DNA of 63,669 nucleotides, filler included, from Octopus bimaculoides (taxonomy: Eukaryota): assembly GCF_001194135.2 (NCBI RefSeq). It is 6 parts of 6 records of this genome, joined end to end, with 100 filler letters (N's around TTAATTAATTAA, not from the genome) between each part and the next. Parts side by side here need not be neighbours in the genome. Positions count along the whole stretch, not along the records: positions 1 to 29,382 come from NC_068987.1; positions 29,483 to 45,616 come from NC_068982.1; 4 more parts are not named here. One strand, written 5' to 3'. Of the stretch, positions 23,920 to 36,460 are shown in pieces. The translations under genes were made by a program, and so were the position numbers. The notes beneath the pieces were generated by a model. That model did not search any database. It was not told the DNA's origin and saw nothing but the letters and a program-made list of their open reading frames with translations. The first letter of the stretch is position 1; every line of letters begins with the position of its first letter.

Positions 23920-26692
23920 GTATGTATATATATATCACAAATATCACTATTTGGTTTAACTTCTTTATCAAGTTATATTCTTGTGTACGTGCGCTTGTAT
24001 ATGTATATATGTATGTTTGTTTGTAAGTATGAATGTATATATGTAGATATGCATGTAGATATGTACGTAGGTATGTATGTATGTATGTATTATGTATGCA
24101 TGTATGCATGTATGTATGTATGTAGTTGGGTAGGTAGGTAGGAGGTAGGTAGGTAGGTAGGTAGGTAGGTAGGTAGGTAGGTAGCTAGCTAGGTAGGTAG
24201 CTAGGTAGGTAGCTAGGTAGGTAGCTAAGTAGGTAGCTAGGTAGGTGGCTAGGTAGGTAGCTTGGTGGGTAGCTTGGTAGTTATGAATATATGTCTGTTT
24301 GTGCGTATGCACATCATACCTAACATAACTTGATTAAATCATCTCAAAACGTGAGCGGGTCCGTAGTGTATAATCACGATACCATATCGTGCATCAGACA
24401 GGAACGAAATATAAACATATTAACTATCGTAAGGCAATTCAAACTCAGATATGACAGGAAACCTAACTTAATGACAGTTGGCAACATAACATATTCAATC
24501 ATTGCTAAATACTTAACTTGAATTCAGATAAAATAAATATTGTGTCACGTCAGAGTTGAACTGTACGACATTAACTGTTCGTATAAATTTGGACAGAGCA
24601 ATTTCAAACGATTTAGAGATCCATGGCTTATATTCTGCGCAATAACTACTAATATTCAGCGGCCCTGTTGTAACTTGTTTACATTATGTTTACACCCCTT
24701 GCAAAGCAAACATGTTTGAACGTACACGTCGTGTGCATGTATCATATGTGTGTGTTTGTGGGTGGGTGGGTGTGAGTGTATGTGTGTGTGTATCTGTGTG
24801 TGTGTGCAAAATGTGAAAAAATTGTCGAATACCAAAATGGTAGGGCACAATGCTATTTTATTAAAGCCGAAAAAATACAGCACAAACATTTGCACACCGT
24901 TTTATGTGAACAGTCGCCGAACGGCTGTGACAGAACATTGTAATGACATTTTACAAAGTTTGAGTATATATATTTGTTGTAGATACCAGTTCAAGCAAAA
25001 AGCATTTACATCCGATTGGGTAACTAATTTGAAAAAATAAAGGTGTCTAAATGCCTGTAAGTAGGCGTTGATCATAGTGGAAAAATAAATATAAATAATA
25101 GTTTAACCAAAAAAATGTATATAAAAAAGTACTGAAAATGCTAAACATATCACCGAATATAATAGACTGTCTAGCAATTTTTATTGCAAATGGTTAGAAG
25201 TAGTATATTAGAAGTGAAAGGTGAAAGAGATTAAATTGAAATTGAAATAAAAATTAGCGAGTAATGGCAAGAGTTGAGATTAAAATAAGTTTTAAAACAT
25301 GGAAAAAGAAAGGGGGAAAATAGAGACGTAGAAACACAAAATACAAAAGGAAACAAAGGATATAAGAGAACGGAGGAATAACTCTAGAAGTGATGATAAA
25401 GCAGAAGAAAGTATGAAAAGAAAGTTTAACGCAGCATGTAATACACTATTTATTCTACGCACAGAGTATGCTGCACCTGAACTTAAATCTGAAAGACAAA
25501 ATTAAGATTTCAACGCATCAAAACTGATAACCACAAATATTTATCTCCCTTGGGTTATTGCTTATTCCGATCCATCGCTCAATTCTTGCACTCAAGAAAT
25601 TTCATCAACCAAGCGATGGTGGAAACTTCAAGGAAAGAATTCTTCGCCTTAAAGGACAAGAACTAGTATCAGCATGAGATCAAAGAATTGGCAACAATGT
25701 GGCAAAAATGTGGCTTCATAAGGACCAAAACGATAGCCTTTAATTTGTACGAACATTAGTTTTCCGAAAATATATTGGTCAAGAAGTCTTTGTGTAATAC
25801 ACTTTTCCTTTAACTTAGAATTTTATATCTTCATGCTTTAACGTTCCGTTTTCTAATAACCTTATGTTCGGTCTTTGCACAATGTACAGACAAGTTTCAT
25901 AGCTTGGAATATCTCTCATTCAATTTTTTTGTTTTTGTTTTACTATCTCTTGTATATACCCTTATAAGCATCTTTTCAGAATTGCAGTCGAAGTCTAAAT
26001 CTACTTCTTACTTTTGATATAGATGATTCAGGCTCACAAAGTACAATTGCTCTTAATTTTCTATTTCACATTTTTTAAAAATTTAAATTGTACGATTTCT
26101 AACTTTACAGCTTATGTGAGCGCTAGCATGCCCCGAAGACTCCAACCACAATTAGCATATTGCATATTACACTATTCTTCAAAATGGTAATTATTTGATA
26201 CTATCTAACAGATTATATTCAACTCAGAAAAATTACTGATCAGCAAGATTGTTGGAAGAAAATTATACACTGAATTGTTCAACAGTTTCTTGTCTGTATT
26301 TAAAATTTCAGATTTATAGCGATATGCGAACCTTAAGAACAACTTACAATAGGGATCTTCTCCTCCTCTCCTCATTTTAATGTGCAACACCTTGAAATTT
26401 GAGAATTAGAAATGCAAGCAGAAGTTCGTCACGCGGTGTAGTATGCAATTAAGAAGAGGCACTCATTGACCATGCCACTAGCGGCGGGGATATTTCATGT
26501 AACTTCTAAGCCTGAAATATCAAACACGATGAAAAAATGAGGAAAACGTTAATTTATCGCATCCACGTTCCCCCTGCTATTGTTTTATGGATTCATTTAT
26601 TGCGAGATTTTCAAGTTTATTTTCATTAATATTTTATTTTCGTTTTAAAATATGTCCTTGTTGTGTATGTTGCTGTAAAATGATGTGTATGT

Positions 26693-26736
<44 letters not shown>

Positions 26737-27244
26737 CAGATATGTAGCATGAGAGAGGGACGGACACATACATACATACATACATACATACATACATACA
26801 TACATACATACATACATACATACATGAATACATACATACGTACGTACGCATATTCACACACGTAAATGCATGCGCGTACATGTACACATCTCTGCAAACA
26901 CTTACACACGCACATATAATTCATTCTTTCCCTTCCTTTTTAAGATACATATACAGCTACAACTACATAAACTGAGGTATTAATTCGAACAGTGGCAGAT
27001 TTGAAGAAAGAGCATATCATTAATGAGATCACAAATATTTATGAAAAGACCCTGCAAGCTCATTGAGTGTTCTGCCGACTAATTAATCAAGTGAGAGATC
27101 AGCCGGTTGGTTAAAGAATTAACCACCTGACATAATGAAGTGAAATTATTCCAGCATGTTATTTATTAGCGAAATGATCCTCCCAAGATAAAACAATATG
27201 GGTGTGCGTCTGTCTGTCTTTCTTTGGGTCTGTATTTGAGCCCT

Positions 27245-27432
27245 TTGCTTGACAAGCGGTGTTGGTGAATTAACGTCCCGTAACCTAGCGGTTTGGCAAC
27301 AAGGGAATGCTAGAATAAGTACCAGCTTTTAAAATATACATACCGGAGTCGGTTTACTCGACAAAATTTGTTCAAGGCGGTACAGCAGTAAGGCGGCAGT
27401 CTAATTACTAAAAACAAGTCAATAATAAAAGA
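27245..27432 (+). mobile_element. SINE 3' portion (family B)
   Basis: ttgacaagcggtgttggtg...aacgtcccgtaacctagcggtttggcaac...tagaataagtaccag...caaggcggt...; assigned as the body/tail of the family whose head is at 63569 from recalled consensus. Confidence 0.5.
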
Positions 27433-27519
27433 CATGTATAATTATATATATGGAAATATTATTATTTCTAAATCTCTCTAAGAAGACTACGAAAGCAGTA
27501 CTTGATATCAATAGATATC

Positions 27520-27705
27520 GGCAAGCTCACAGTCCAGAAAAGTAGGACGAATGCTGGCGTAGATTAGCTCCAAGAGGCCATTGCTTCAAGCTAGCTATGT
27601 GACAAACAAATCTGTGTCCATTACAACGTTCAAACAGGAGAGGTCATCAGCTTTCACAGACTAGTTGCGGGGTATTTTCCCCTTATCAATGTGGAATAGC
27701 TGAAC
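27520..27705 (-). repeat. Hammerhead-bearing repeat family, copy 1 (core mutated)
   Basis: Reverse complement aligns by eye with 31478-31680; motif caca-ttgataa-gggg-aaaata-cccc-gcaa-c-ta-g-tc-tgtg at ~27655-27693. Confidence 0.7.
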
Positions 27706-28466
27706 GCAGCAGACGTCGCTGTTGAGTTTCTATTCGAAGGTTTACATATTCAGTGGAACACATCCACTGGTTTTCAAAAATAGAAATATAATTATCTCTA
27801 AGTCTCCGTTATCTTAACAAGATGTATCTATTTATCACCCGATGAGATATATTTGTTGAGTGTACCATCCCTCAGGGATCGATGCAAGATATATAAAAAT
27901 AATTGTCGTGATTAATAAATTCTCGTATAGTCCATCTTCTGTCTTTCATTTACCATATATATATATATATATATATATATANNNNNNNNNNNNNNNNNNN
28001 NNNNNNNNNNNNNNNNNNNNNNNNNNNNNNNNNNNNNNNNNNNNNNNNNNNNNNNNNNNNNNNNNNNNNNNNNNNNNNNNNNNNNNNNNNNNNNNNNNNN
28101 NNNNNNNNNNNNNNNNNNNNNNNNNNNNNNNNNNNNNNNNNNNNNNNNNNNNNNNNNNNNNNNNNNNNNNNNNNNNNNNNNNNNNNNNNNNNNNNNNNNN
28201 NNNNNNNNNNNNNNNNNNNNNNNNNNNNNNNNNNNNNNNNNNNNNNNNNNNNNNNNNNNNNNNNNNNNNNNNNNNNNNNNNNNNNNNNNNNNNNNNNNNN
28301 NNNNNNNNNNNNNNNNNNNNNNNNNNNNNNNNNNNNNNNNNNNNNNNNNNNNNNNNNNNNNNNNNNNNNNNNNNNNNNNNNNNNNNNNNNNNNNNNNNNN
28401 NNNNNNNNNNNNNNNNNNNNNNNNNNNNNNNNNNNNNNNNNNNNNNNNNNNNNNNNNNNNNNNNNN

Positions 28467-28781
28467 AACTCGAATGTGGAATCTAAAAACAGAAACAATT
28501 CCTATCATAGTACGTGCCTTAGGTATAATAAAAAAATATTCAGACAAATACATAACAAAAACACCAGGACTTACAAATATATATAACATACAGCAAATTG
28601 CACTACTGGGTACTGCACACATTCTACGCAAAACACATTCAATACAGTAAACATAAGAGCACAGCAAACCACAGCACATACCCAAGGCGCACAGAGCTGC
28701 GCTCGGTAGTGAAGTGAAAGCACGTTATAAAAATAAAACTACTGAAAAATAATAATAATAATAATAATATTAATAATAATA
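28467..28781 (+). mobile_element. R4/Dong-clade LINE 3' end (RLE-region C-terminus, stop 28648-28650, 3' UTR, (AAT)n tail)
   Basis: TRMWNLKTETIPIIVRALGIIKKYSDKYITKTPGLTNIYNIQQIALLGTAHILRKTHSIQ* (cf. the 'QK.ALLGTAHILRK' terminus of R4/Dong elements); tail at 28748-28783. Confidence 0.8.
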
Positions 28782-29382
28782 ATTTACAGGGAAATAGGGA
28801 AAGAAAAAATAACCATTGAAAATCCACCCCTAATGGAAGAAGTTGAAAACTTTTGGAAAATGATCTGGAGTGATGAGAAACCATGCAATGAAAAGGCAGA
28901 CTGGATCAAACGCACCCAAGATGCCTACAAAAATCTACAAGAACAGGTATGGGAAGACATCTCAATCGCCGACCTAAGGAGGGCACTAACGAAGGCTCAT
29001 AAGTGGAAATCCCCTGGTACTGATAGAGCACCAAATTTCTGGCTCTCATCACTTTCGTCCTCACACAAAATGTTAGTAATACTATTTAATAGTATTATGA
29101 AAGACCCAGAAAAAACTCCCCATTGGATGGCAAATGGTATTACTTACCTCCTCCCGAAAAATAACGAGACCAAAGACCCCAAAAACTACCGGCCTATAAC
29201 ATGTTTGTCTACTACCTATAAGGTTTTAACATCTATTCTTGTGGAGAAAACATATACGTTTATGGAAGAGAATAACCTCTTTCCCACTGAACAAAAGGGA
29301 TGCAGACGAGGCTCATACGGATGCAAAGATCAGCTCTTAATTAATCGCATGATCCTTGAGAACTGCCATAACAAGCGCAGAA
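28782..29382 (+). mobile_element. R4/Dong-clade LINE, 5'-truncated reverse-transcriptase segment running open into a gap
   Basis: VENFWKMIW...WKSPGTDRAPNFW...GITYLLPK...DPKNYRPITCLSTTYKVLT...EQKGCRRGSYGCKDQLLIN; no stops over ~200 codons. Confidence 0.85.
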
Positions 29383-29426
29383 NNNNNNNNNNNNNNNNNN
29401 NNNNNNNNNNNNNNNNNNNNNNNNNN

Positions 29427-29438
29427 TTAATTAATTAA
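29427..29438. other. Artificial gap linker TTAATTAATTAA (also at 45661-45672, 57246-57257, 59674-59685, 61895-61906)
   Basis: Identical 12-mer with stops in all six frames, each centred in a ~100-bp N placeholder. Confidence 0.9.
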
Positions 29439-31477
29439 NNNNNNNNNNNNNNNNNNNNNNNNNNNNNNNNNNNNNNNNNNNNATATTGCGAAATATAGAT
29501 TCATAAAATCCTGTAGCTATCAGAGAAAGCTTCTCTACTGGATCAGGCTGTCATACCACACGGTAATCCAAAACGGATTACTATGTGGTATATCAAATAG
29601 ACATATTATAATCCTCAGAGAGTGAATAACAATAAGTTTAACTGAAAAAAAGTTAAGTCAAATCAATGTTACGTACGTTTCGATGAACAAACACCGTTTA
29701 TTTCATATAACAGACAAAATTATGCAATTCATGCAATAAATTTAGTGTTTATTCACTTCTCAAGACAATATAGTTTGAATCATAATCAACTTATGAAACG
29801 AACTCGCAATGCGGGACGAATTTTCACTGCCTCATAGGTATATCCAACCACCAGGCAAATGGACAGCGTCAATGTTAATTTATATCGGTCAAATCAGGAC
29901 ATAAGGCAATTAATTAAAATAAGTTTCTCCCACGGTCCAAAACATCTTCCTCTCAGTGATAATTTGGTCAGTACTATGATCTCTTAGGTAACATTTTAAT
30001 ACACTCACAGACAAAATTATATAATTAGCGGTTCTGATAATTACAATAACAAGAAATAATAATAAAAAATATAGTGCTTTTTGTTTATTGTTAATATTAT
30101 CTTTTATTTTTTACTTATTTTAATTAGTGGACTGTGGTCATCTCCTTCTTATTAACTGGTTATCGTCCAAATTTACTGCATGTTTAAATCTGGCTAACTA
30201 ATTTTCTTTTCTCTTTAGTTCATATCACTTGTACGATTGGATTAGTGAAACTATTTTAAAGGGTCCTGCTCTAAGGTTAGACTGATCCTTTATTCCATAT
30301 TGTAAACTATTTCAAAGTTAACCTTTGTTCGAAGGTAATGTGTGATTTCGTGATTTATTTGGAAGTCATTGCAATAAAGTTTCACACACCATGATATTTG
30401 CATCTCTCACTTGACCGCAAAAGTTTGTTTAAACGATGAACCTATTTTACTGCAATTGATTTCTCCGACACTTACATGTTCTTTCTATGTTTATTTAGAC
30501 ATTTTTTGTAAAAACTCAATACTTAACACAAACACATAAGCTAACTTAATGATTTCTTTTGACGAGATAGAATCTAATTTATTGAGTTGATCTAGATTCT
30601 GAACTGATCAGCATTTTATTAAAACGAATATCAGAAAACATGTAGCCCAATGCTCCGCTTTCTCTAAACATATGATACATAGCTGGATGGCGGTTGGGGT
30701 GGCGATGAGAGCAGTCTGCCGTGTGGCGACGGGAGTAGTCTGCCTCGCTTTTATAAAGGCGGCACTTTTGGATCTACTGTATAATGGCGGAAGGCTTCGG
30801 TGCCAGCAGACCTAAGGGCCGACCCGAACAGCCCGCACTCAACCAATGCCACTGGTTTCCACCAAAACTATTTCTACTTTCCATAACGGCACATTTTTTC
30901 GACGAAGGGATCGATTAAATCAATTCTAGGACTTAACAAATACTATTTTATCGAGTTCTAGAAGAACGAAACTCAATCTTACTACATCTTAAGGTTGGGG
31001 TACAAGTTACTGTTGACACAATATCTTCAAGAGGCGGCAACTGAGATGCGTCTCACCATACCAAGTCAGAACCCCTGTCGCACTTTAGCTTCGGTATGTC
31101 TCTAGTTTCGTGTAGTGTATCTTTGTCAACAACATCAATGTAACTGAATGGTCTTCGTCAATTATTAGGGTGCAGAATCTCTCGAAAACATCACATCTAA
31201 TACGGGCTGGTGTTCAGTACGATAGTAGTGGCCAGCAAAAATGAGTCCATAAATCTCCTCTTTGATCTTGTGCTCACTTCTGAGATGTTGTGAGCCCTTA
31301 TGAGAAACTTATAGAACGTTCCATCAAGGCGATCTTCGAGCTCATTCTCCATAGTAAAATGTAGTCGTAAAGGAATTTAAAAAATGCTCCTAAAAATATG
31401 TAGCATTCAAAACGTGGGAATACCACAGGAACTAATCTCAATAGTTTAATATAAATAGTTTAATATATATATATATA

Positions 31478-31680
31478 TTTCGGCTGCTCTACATTGATAA
31501 GGGGCAACACCCTGAAACTAGTCTGTAGATGCCAGACCTGCAAGGGGACCTCCCCTGTTCGAAGGTTATAATGGACACAGATTCGTGTGTCATATAGCTA
31601 GCTAGAGGCGATGGCCTCTTGGAGCTAATATCAACGGCAGCATTCGTCCTATTTTTCGGACTGCCATGTTGGCTTGGCGA
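31478..31680 (+). repeat. Hammerhead-bearing repeat family, copy 2
   Basis: ctaca-ttgataa-gggg-caaca-ccct-gaaa-c-ta-g-tc-tgtag at 31489-31528; hairpin gacaca/tgtgtc at 31574-31591; 3' part homologous to 51149-51246. Confidence 0.7.
31489..31528 (+). ncRNA. Putative minimal type-I hammerhead ribozyme (U3-A8 core variant)
   Basis: Stem I ctaca/tgtag; core UUGAUAA; stem II gggg/ccct; GAAA; palindromic ACUAGU; GUC triplet. Confidence 0.5.
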
Positions 31681-32163
31681 TAACTATTAATATATATATA
31701 TATATATAAATATATAGTATTAGGGAAAAGAACCAAGGTTTATGAACTCATCGATGAAAATCCACTGTCACATATAGAAAAAAATTATAATTAAAAGTAC
31801 AATAAATAAGTGTAATATAATACAAAGTAAATATCATAAGATCAAGATAATAAAATGGCTACACGTGTTTCATAACCAATTTTCAAATAGAAAGAAATTT
31901 AAATCGATTAATACTATATATTTATATATTTTTTATACTGTGAAACTTAATTTAATTTTTATTTTTAATAAATTGATTTTAATTGNNNNNNNNNNNNNNN
32001 NNNNNNNNNNNNNNNNNNNNNNNNNNNNNNNNNNNNNNNNNNNNNNNNNNNNNNNNNNNNNNNNNNNNNNNNNNNNNNNNNNNNNNNNNNNNNNNNNNNN
32101 NNNNNNNNNNNNNNNNNNNNNNNNNNNNNNNNNNNNNNNNNNNNNNNNNNNNNNNNNNNNNNN

Positions 32164-32218
<55 letters not shown>

Positions 32219-33269
32219 CACATATATATATACATATATATATCTATATGTGTGTGTGTGTGTGTGTAATATATATATTTCGTCTTTGTATTTGGTTTCC
32301 AAAATTCTTGCTGTGAACTCATCTGTTGGAACAGACTTTGTTGTATATGGGGAGGGTCATTACACCAATAATCAAGACACGCATTAGTTCTATTTCACTT
32401 CTTTTATTATAATCATTAGTAAATTAGTTAAAAATTAAACCATTTAAGAAATCGATTATTTGATTAATCGTTCGGTCAGTCAATCAATCAATCAATCAAT
32501 CAATCTAGTTTTATCAAAGTTTTTTTGGTCGCCATTCGCGATTTCATTTATGATATGCCCTCTCTACTCCACGTCTTCAAATCTGTCTTCAAATCTGTCT
32601 GCTTCTCCTGAAAATATGTATGTGTATATATATATATATATATATATNNNNNNNNNNNNNNNNNNNNNNNNNNNNNNNNNNNNNNNNNNNNNNNNNNNNN
32701 NNNNNNNNNNNNNNNNNNNNNNNNNNNNNNNNNNNNNNNNNNNNNNNNNNNNNNNNNNNNNNNNNNNNNNNNNNNNNNNNNNNNNNNNNNNNNNNNNNNN
32801 NNNNNNNNNNNNNNNNNNNNNNNNNNNNNNNNNNNNNNNNNNNNNNNNNNNNNNNNNNNNNNNNNNNNNNNNNNNNNNNNNNNNNNNNNNNNNNNNNNNN
32901 NNNNNNNNNNNNNNNNNNNNNNNNNNNNNNNNNNNNNNNNNNNNNNNNNNNNNNNNNNNNNNNNNNNNNNNNNNNNNNNNNNNNNNNNNNNNNNNNNNNN
33001 NNNNNNNNNNNNNNNNNNNNNNNNNNNNNNNNNNNNNNNNNNNNNNNNNNNNNNNNNNNNNNNNNNNNNNNNNNNNNNNNNNNNNNNNNNNNNNNNNNNN
33101 NNNNNNNNNNNNNNNNNNNNNNNNNNNNNNNNNNNNNNNNNNNNNNNNNNNNNNNNNNNNNNNNNNNNNNNNNNNNNNNNNNNNNNNNNNNNNNNNNNNN
33201 NNNNNNNNNNNNNNNNNNNNNNNNNNNNNNNNNNNNNNNNNNNNNNNNNNNNNNNNNNNNNNNNNNNNN

Positions 33270-34357
33270 GGAAGTTGGGACAAAGAGCCAACGTGAAATT
33301 TTGCATTAAACTTGGGATGTCTACTACAGAGGCATCGAGCATGCTTTGGAAAGTTTACAGCGACGAGGCAATGGGTCGTATGCAATGTTTTGAGTACCAT
33401 AGGTGCTTAAAAAGCGGAAGAACGTCCCTGGAAGACGACGAGCGATCTGGAAGACCTACCACGAGTGCCCCACCCCCCGGAAATGTAGATAAAATTCATC
33501 AGCTTGTGCATGAGGATCGTCGGAGGACAATCAATGACATTGCTGATGTTTTTGGTCTGTCGTATGGGTCTGTGTAAGCAATCCTAACATCTGAATTGAA
33601 CATGTGGCATGTCTCTGCTAAGTTCGCTCCCCGCCTGCTGATCCATGAGCAGAAAGAACATCGCGTCAAAGTCTGTCAAGATCTCTGTCAGCGTGCCGCT
33701 GATGGCCCATCCTTCATGTCGCGGATCATCACCGGTCACGAGAGTTGGGTCTACGGGTACGACCCTGAGACGAAGCAGCAGTCGCTACAATGGAAGAGGC
33801 CTTCATCTCCACGACTGTAGAAGGCACGATAGAGCTGCAGCACAAGCAAGAGTATGCTCATCGTATTTTTTTTTCTACATCCACGGTATTGTGCATCGAG
33901 AATTCGTCCCCCAGGGCCAAACCATCAATCAAAAGTTCTATTGCGACGTTTTGAAGCGTTTGAGGGAGGACATTCGGTGAAAGTGACTGGAACTGTGGAG
34001 TGCGAAGAATTGGATGCTTCACGACGATAATTTACTCTGTCACCGAGCTCTCCTTAATCGTGAGTTTCTCGCCAAAAACAACATAGTATCACTTCCGCAC
34101 CCACCCTATTCGCCCGATTTAGCATCTGCAGACTTCCATCTCTTCTCCAAGGTGAAAAACACTGTTGTCGAGATCCAGAGTGAGTCGCTGAAGGTCCTCG
34201 ACTCGCTTATAGAAAAAGAATTTCAGGCTGGATTCCAAAAGTGGCCGATGTATTATTGAGCAAGGTGACTATTTCGAAGGAGATGATATTAAAACATAGA
34301 TATATAAGTTATGTTTTATTAAACACAACCAGCCCGGGAACTATTTGATACCTCTTG
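33270..34357 (+). pseudogene. Mariner (DD34D-type) transposon: disrupted transposase plus right terminal repeat; left end lost in a gap
   Basis: QRANVKFCIKLG...EDDERSGRP; SAKFAPRLL; IITGHESWVYGYDPETKQQS; GIVHREFVPQGQTIN; LHDDN; HPPYSPDLASADFHLF; several stops and frameshifts; end ...cccgggaactatttgatacctcttg followed by TA. Confidence 0.9.
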
Positions 34358-34624
34358 TATATATACATATACTATATGTATTGTATGTGTATATATATGT
34401 AAATATATNNNNNNNNNNNNNNNNNNNNNNNNNNNNNNNNNNNNNNNNNNNNNNNNNNNNNNNNNNNNNNNNNNNNNNNNNNNNNNNNNNNNNNNNNNNN
34501 NNNNNNNNNNNNNNNNNNNNNNNNNNNNNNNNNNNNNNNNNNNNNNNNNNNNNNNNNNNNNNNNNNNNNNNNNNNNNNNNNNNNNNNNNNNNNNNNNNNN
34601 NNNNNNNNNNNNNNNNNNNNNNNN

Positions 34625-34686
<62 letters not shown>

Positions 34687-34834
34687 GTTTAACTCCAGAC
34701 CAGATCTAATCGATCTCATGAGAGCTAAGTCAATCTGTTTGCGACCTTCCAGATTTTTTTTGTTTTTCAGATAAGATGTAGCCGGAACTACATTATTCAA
34801 TATGTCTACGGATTTGAAGGATAGATATTGATCG

Positions 34835-34955
34835 AATTTACTAGTATTTAATTTATCGAGTCTGAAACACGAAATTTTTACATCAGCGGGATTTGAATTC
34901 GAAGTGTAGAAGATCGGACCTTATTACTGCAAAGCGTTTAATCCAGAACTCTCTT
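34835..34955 (-). mobile_element. Decayed SINE family A copy
   Basis: ...tagtatttaatttatcgag...cagcgggatttgaattcgaagtgtag resembles the reverse complement of the 21926 SINE. Confidence 0.35.
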
Positions 34956-35327
34956 GCTTTTATTCCGGCACTGACGTCAACACTTTAATGATTGATTTCT
35001 GTTTTCGACGCATACATTTGTAGAAAAAGAGTATAGACGGTTGAAATTACAACAGTACGTTACTGGTATCACGTAGGTGTTCCTTCTAGCCTTGAGTGCT
35101 TTCGCATAGTCGCTCGACCTGCTAGAAATAGGAGCAAAATCTTTTGCAAAGCACACGTTACCATTACCATATTTTCTCTTCTTTTTTAAAAAAAGGAAGT
35201 TCACATTTGGCTCTGTTGTCTGAGATAAACCATGCCTGAAGCCCGAGCTGCCAACGCTGTGATGTCTTTGATTATGCGTCCGTTCGATCTCACCTTAATT
35301 TGGGATCTAATATCACACATTAAGCGC

Positions 35328-35524
35328 CAGTATTATGGCTAGCGGTTGTCGAGGATCGGTCCATCCTAAGCGACGCTTTTTAGGGTCGGTCCACCCTGAG
35401 CAACGCTTTTAAGGATAGGTGCATTTTTGGCTCTGCTATATAAGCCTGTATAGGCTTCGGGGCTCAGGAGGGGGCGGAAAACTCAATGGTTGCCCCGGGC
35501 GGTGGGCAGTCTAGCTACGCCACT
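35328..35524. mobile_element. Putative non-autonomous DNA transposon (MITE)
   Basis: GC-rich island; right end ctagctacgccact, degenerate left end cagtattatggctag; internal ~31-bp tandem repeat (gatcggtccatcctaagcgacgctttttag / ggtcggtccaccctgagcaacgcttttaag); no clear TSD. Confidence 0.4.
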
Positions 35525-36364
35525 ATTAGATGTGCTTAAGTATGTTAACACTAATGTGCATTTGAAATTTATTGTTTACATTGCTTGGTCAGAGGGGCAA
35601 GAACAACGGCCATAACCTATTCCAGGACCTCCGAGACAGCGATTAGTTCAACGCTCTATTGTCTTCGGTACAGCCTTAATGTCTTCAAATATTGGACTAG
35701 AAGTAAAAGAAAGGTACAGGTGCACGGTGTTTTCACTGTTCAGCATTTTCTGACATAGACTCAGATTAACTAAACTTTTATTGAATGAAATTTTGTAAAC
35801 GGAATCTGCGTGGAAGCTCTTCAGGAAGACTATTCTGCTTTGTGTGAGTGTAGGTTCAATCCATCACGCAGTTTAAAACCGGTATTCTGCTTCTTTTGCA
35901 GAATATAATGTTACAGACGTTCAGGTTATGTCTTTCACTTGAGGGTAACTTTCTCCTTTCTTCTCTCCAGTCTCGGAAACCCTGAAGAAGGACCTCTGCT
36001 TACTAAGCCATAACAAAATAGGATAGTTGCTGTTAGCCTTCTTTTGACCCTTTATAAATCACACTTTTTAATCCTGAAATAATAAGAAGCTGAACTGATT
36101 TTGATTAGAATTGAACATTTGCACTCTTTTACACCCAATTATTCAATGTATATTGCCAAAGATCATACGAGGGGAGAGTAGATTCAGAAAAGTAGGAAAA
36201 TGCTACGATGAAAATATATACACGAAACTAGACAGTTGATCGAACAAGCCCAGTTAATAGTAACAAGCCCAGTTAATAGATTATCTGCTGGTGCGGTTAT
36301 TTTCACTGGACTAAAACAGTATTTACCACTGGCTGCAGTTTTCCTTTCTTTTTCCAAATACCTG

Positions 36365-36451
<87 letters not shown>

Positions 36452-36460
36452 GCATGTATA

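Noticed and set aside
25440-25930. Possible GIY-YIG fragment (HCAKTEHKVI on the minus strand)
   Set aside because: A single weak motif among many stops; not supportable.
29427-29438. Recurrent palindrome TTAATTAATTAA, appearing five times
   Set aside because: Always centred in N placeholders; an assembly linker, not biology.
35982-36000. ctgaaga core-like sequence
   Set aside because: No stem II/GAAA/cleavage triplet follows, so it is not a hammerhead.
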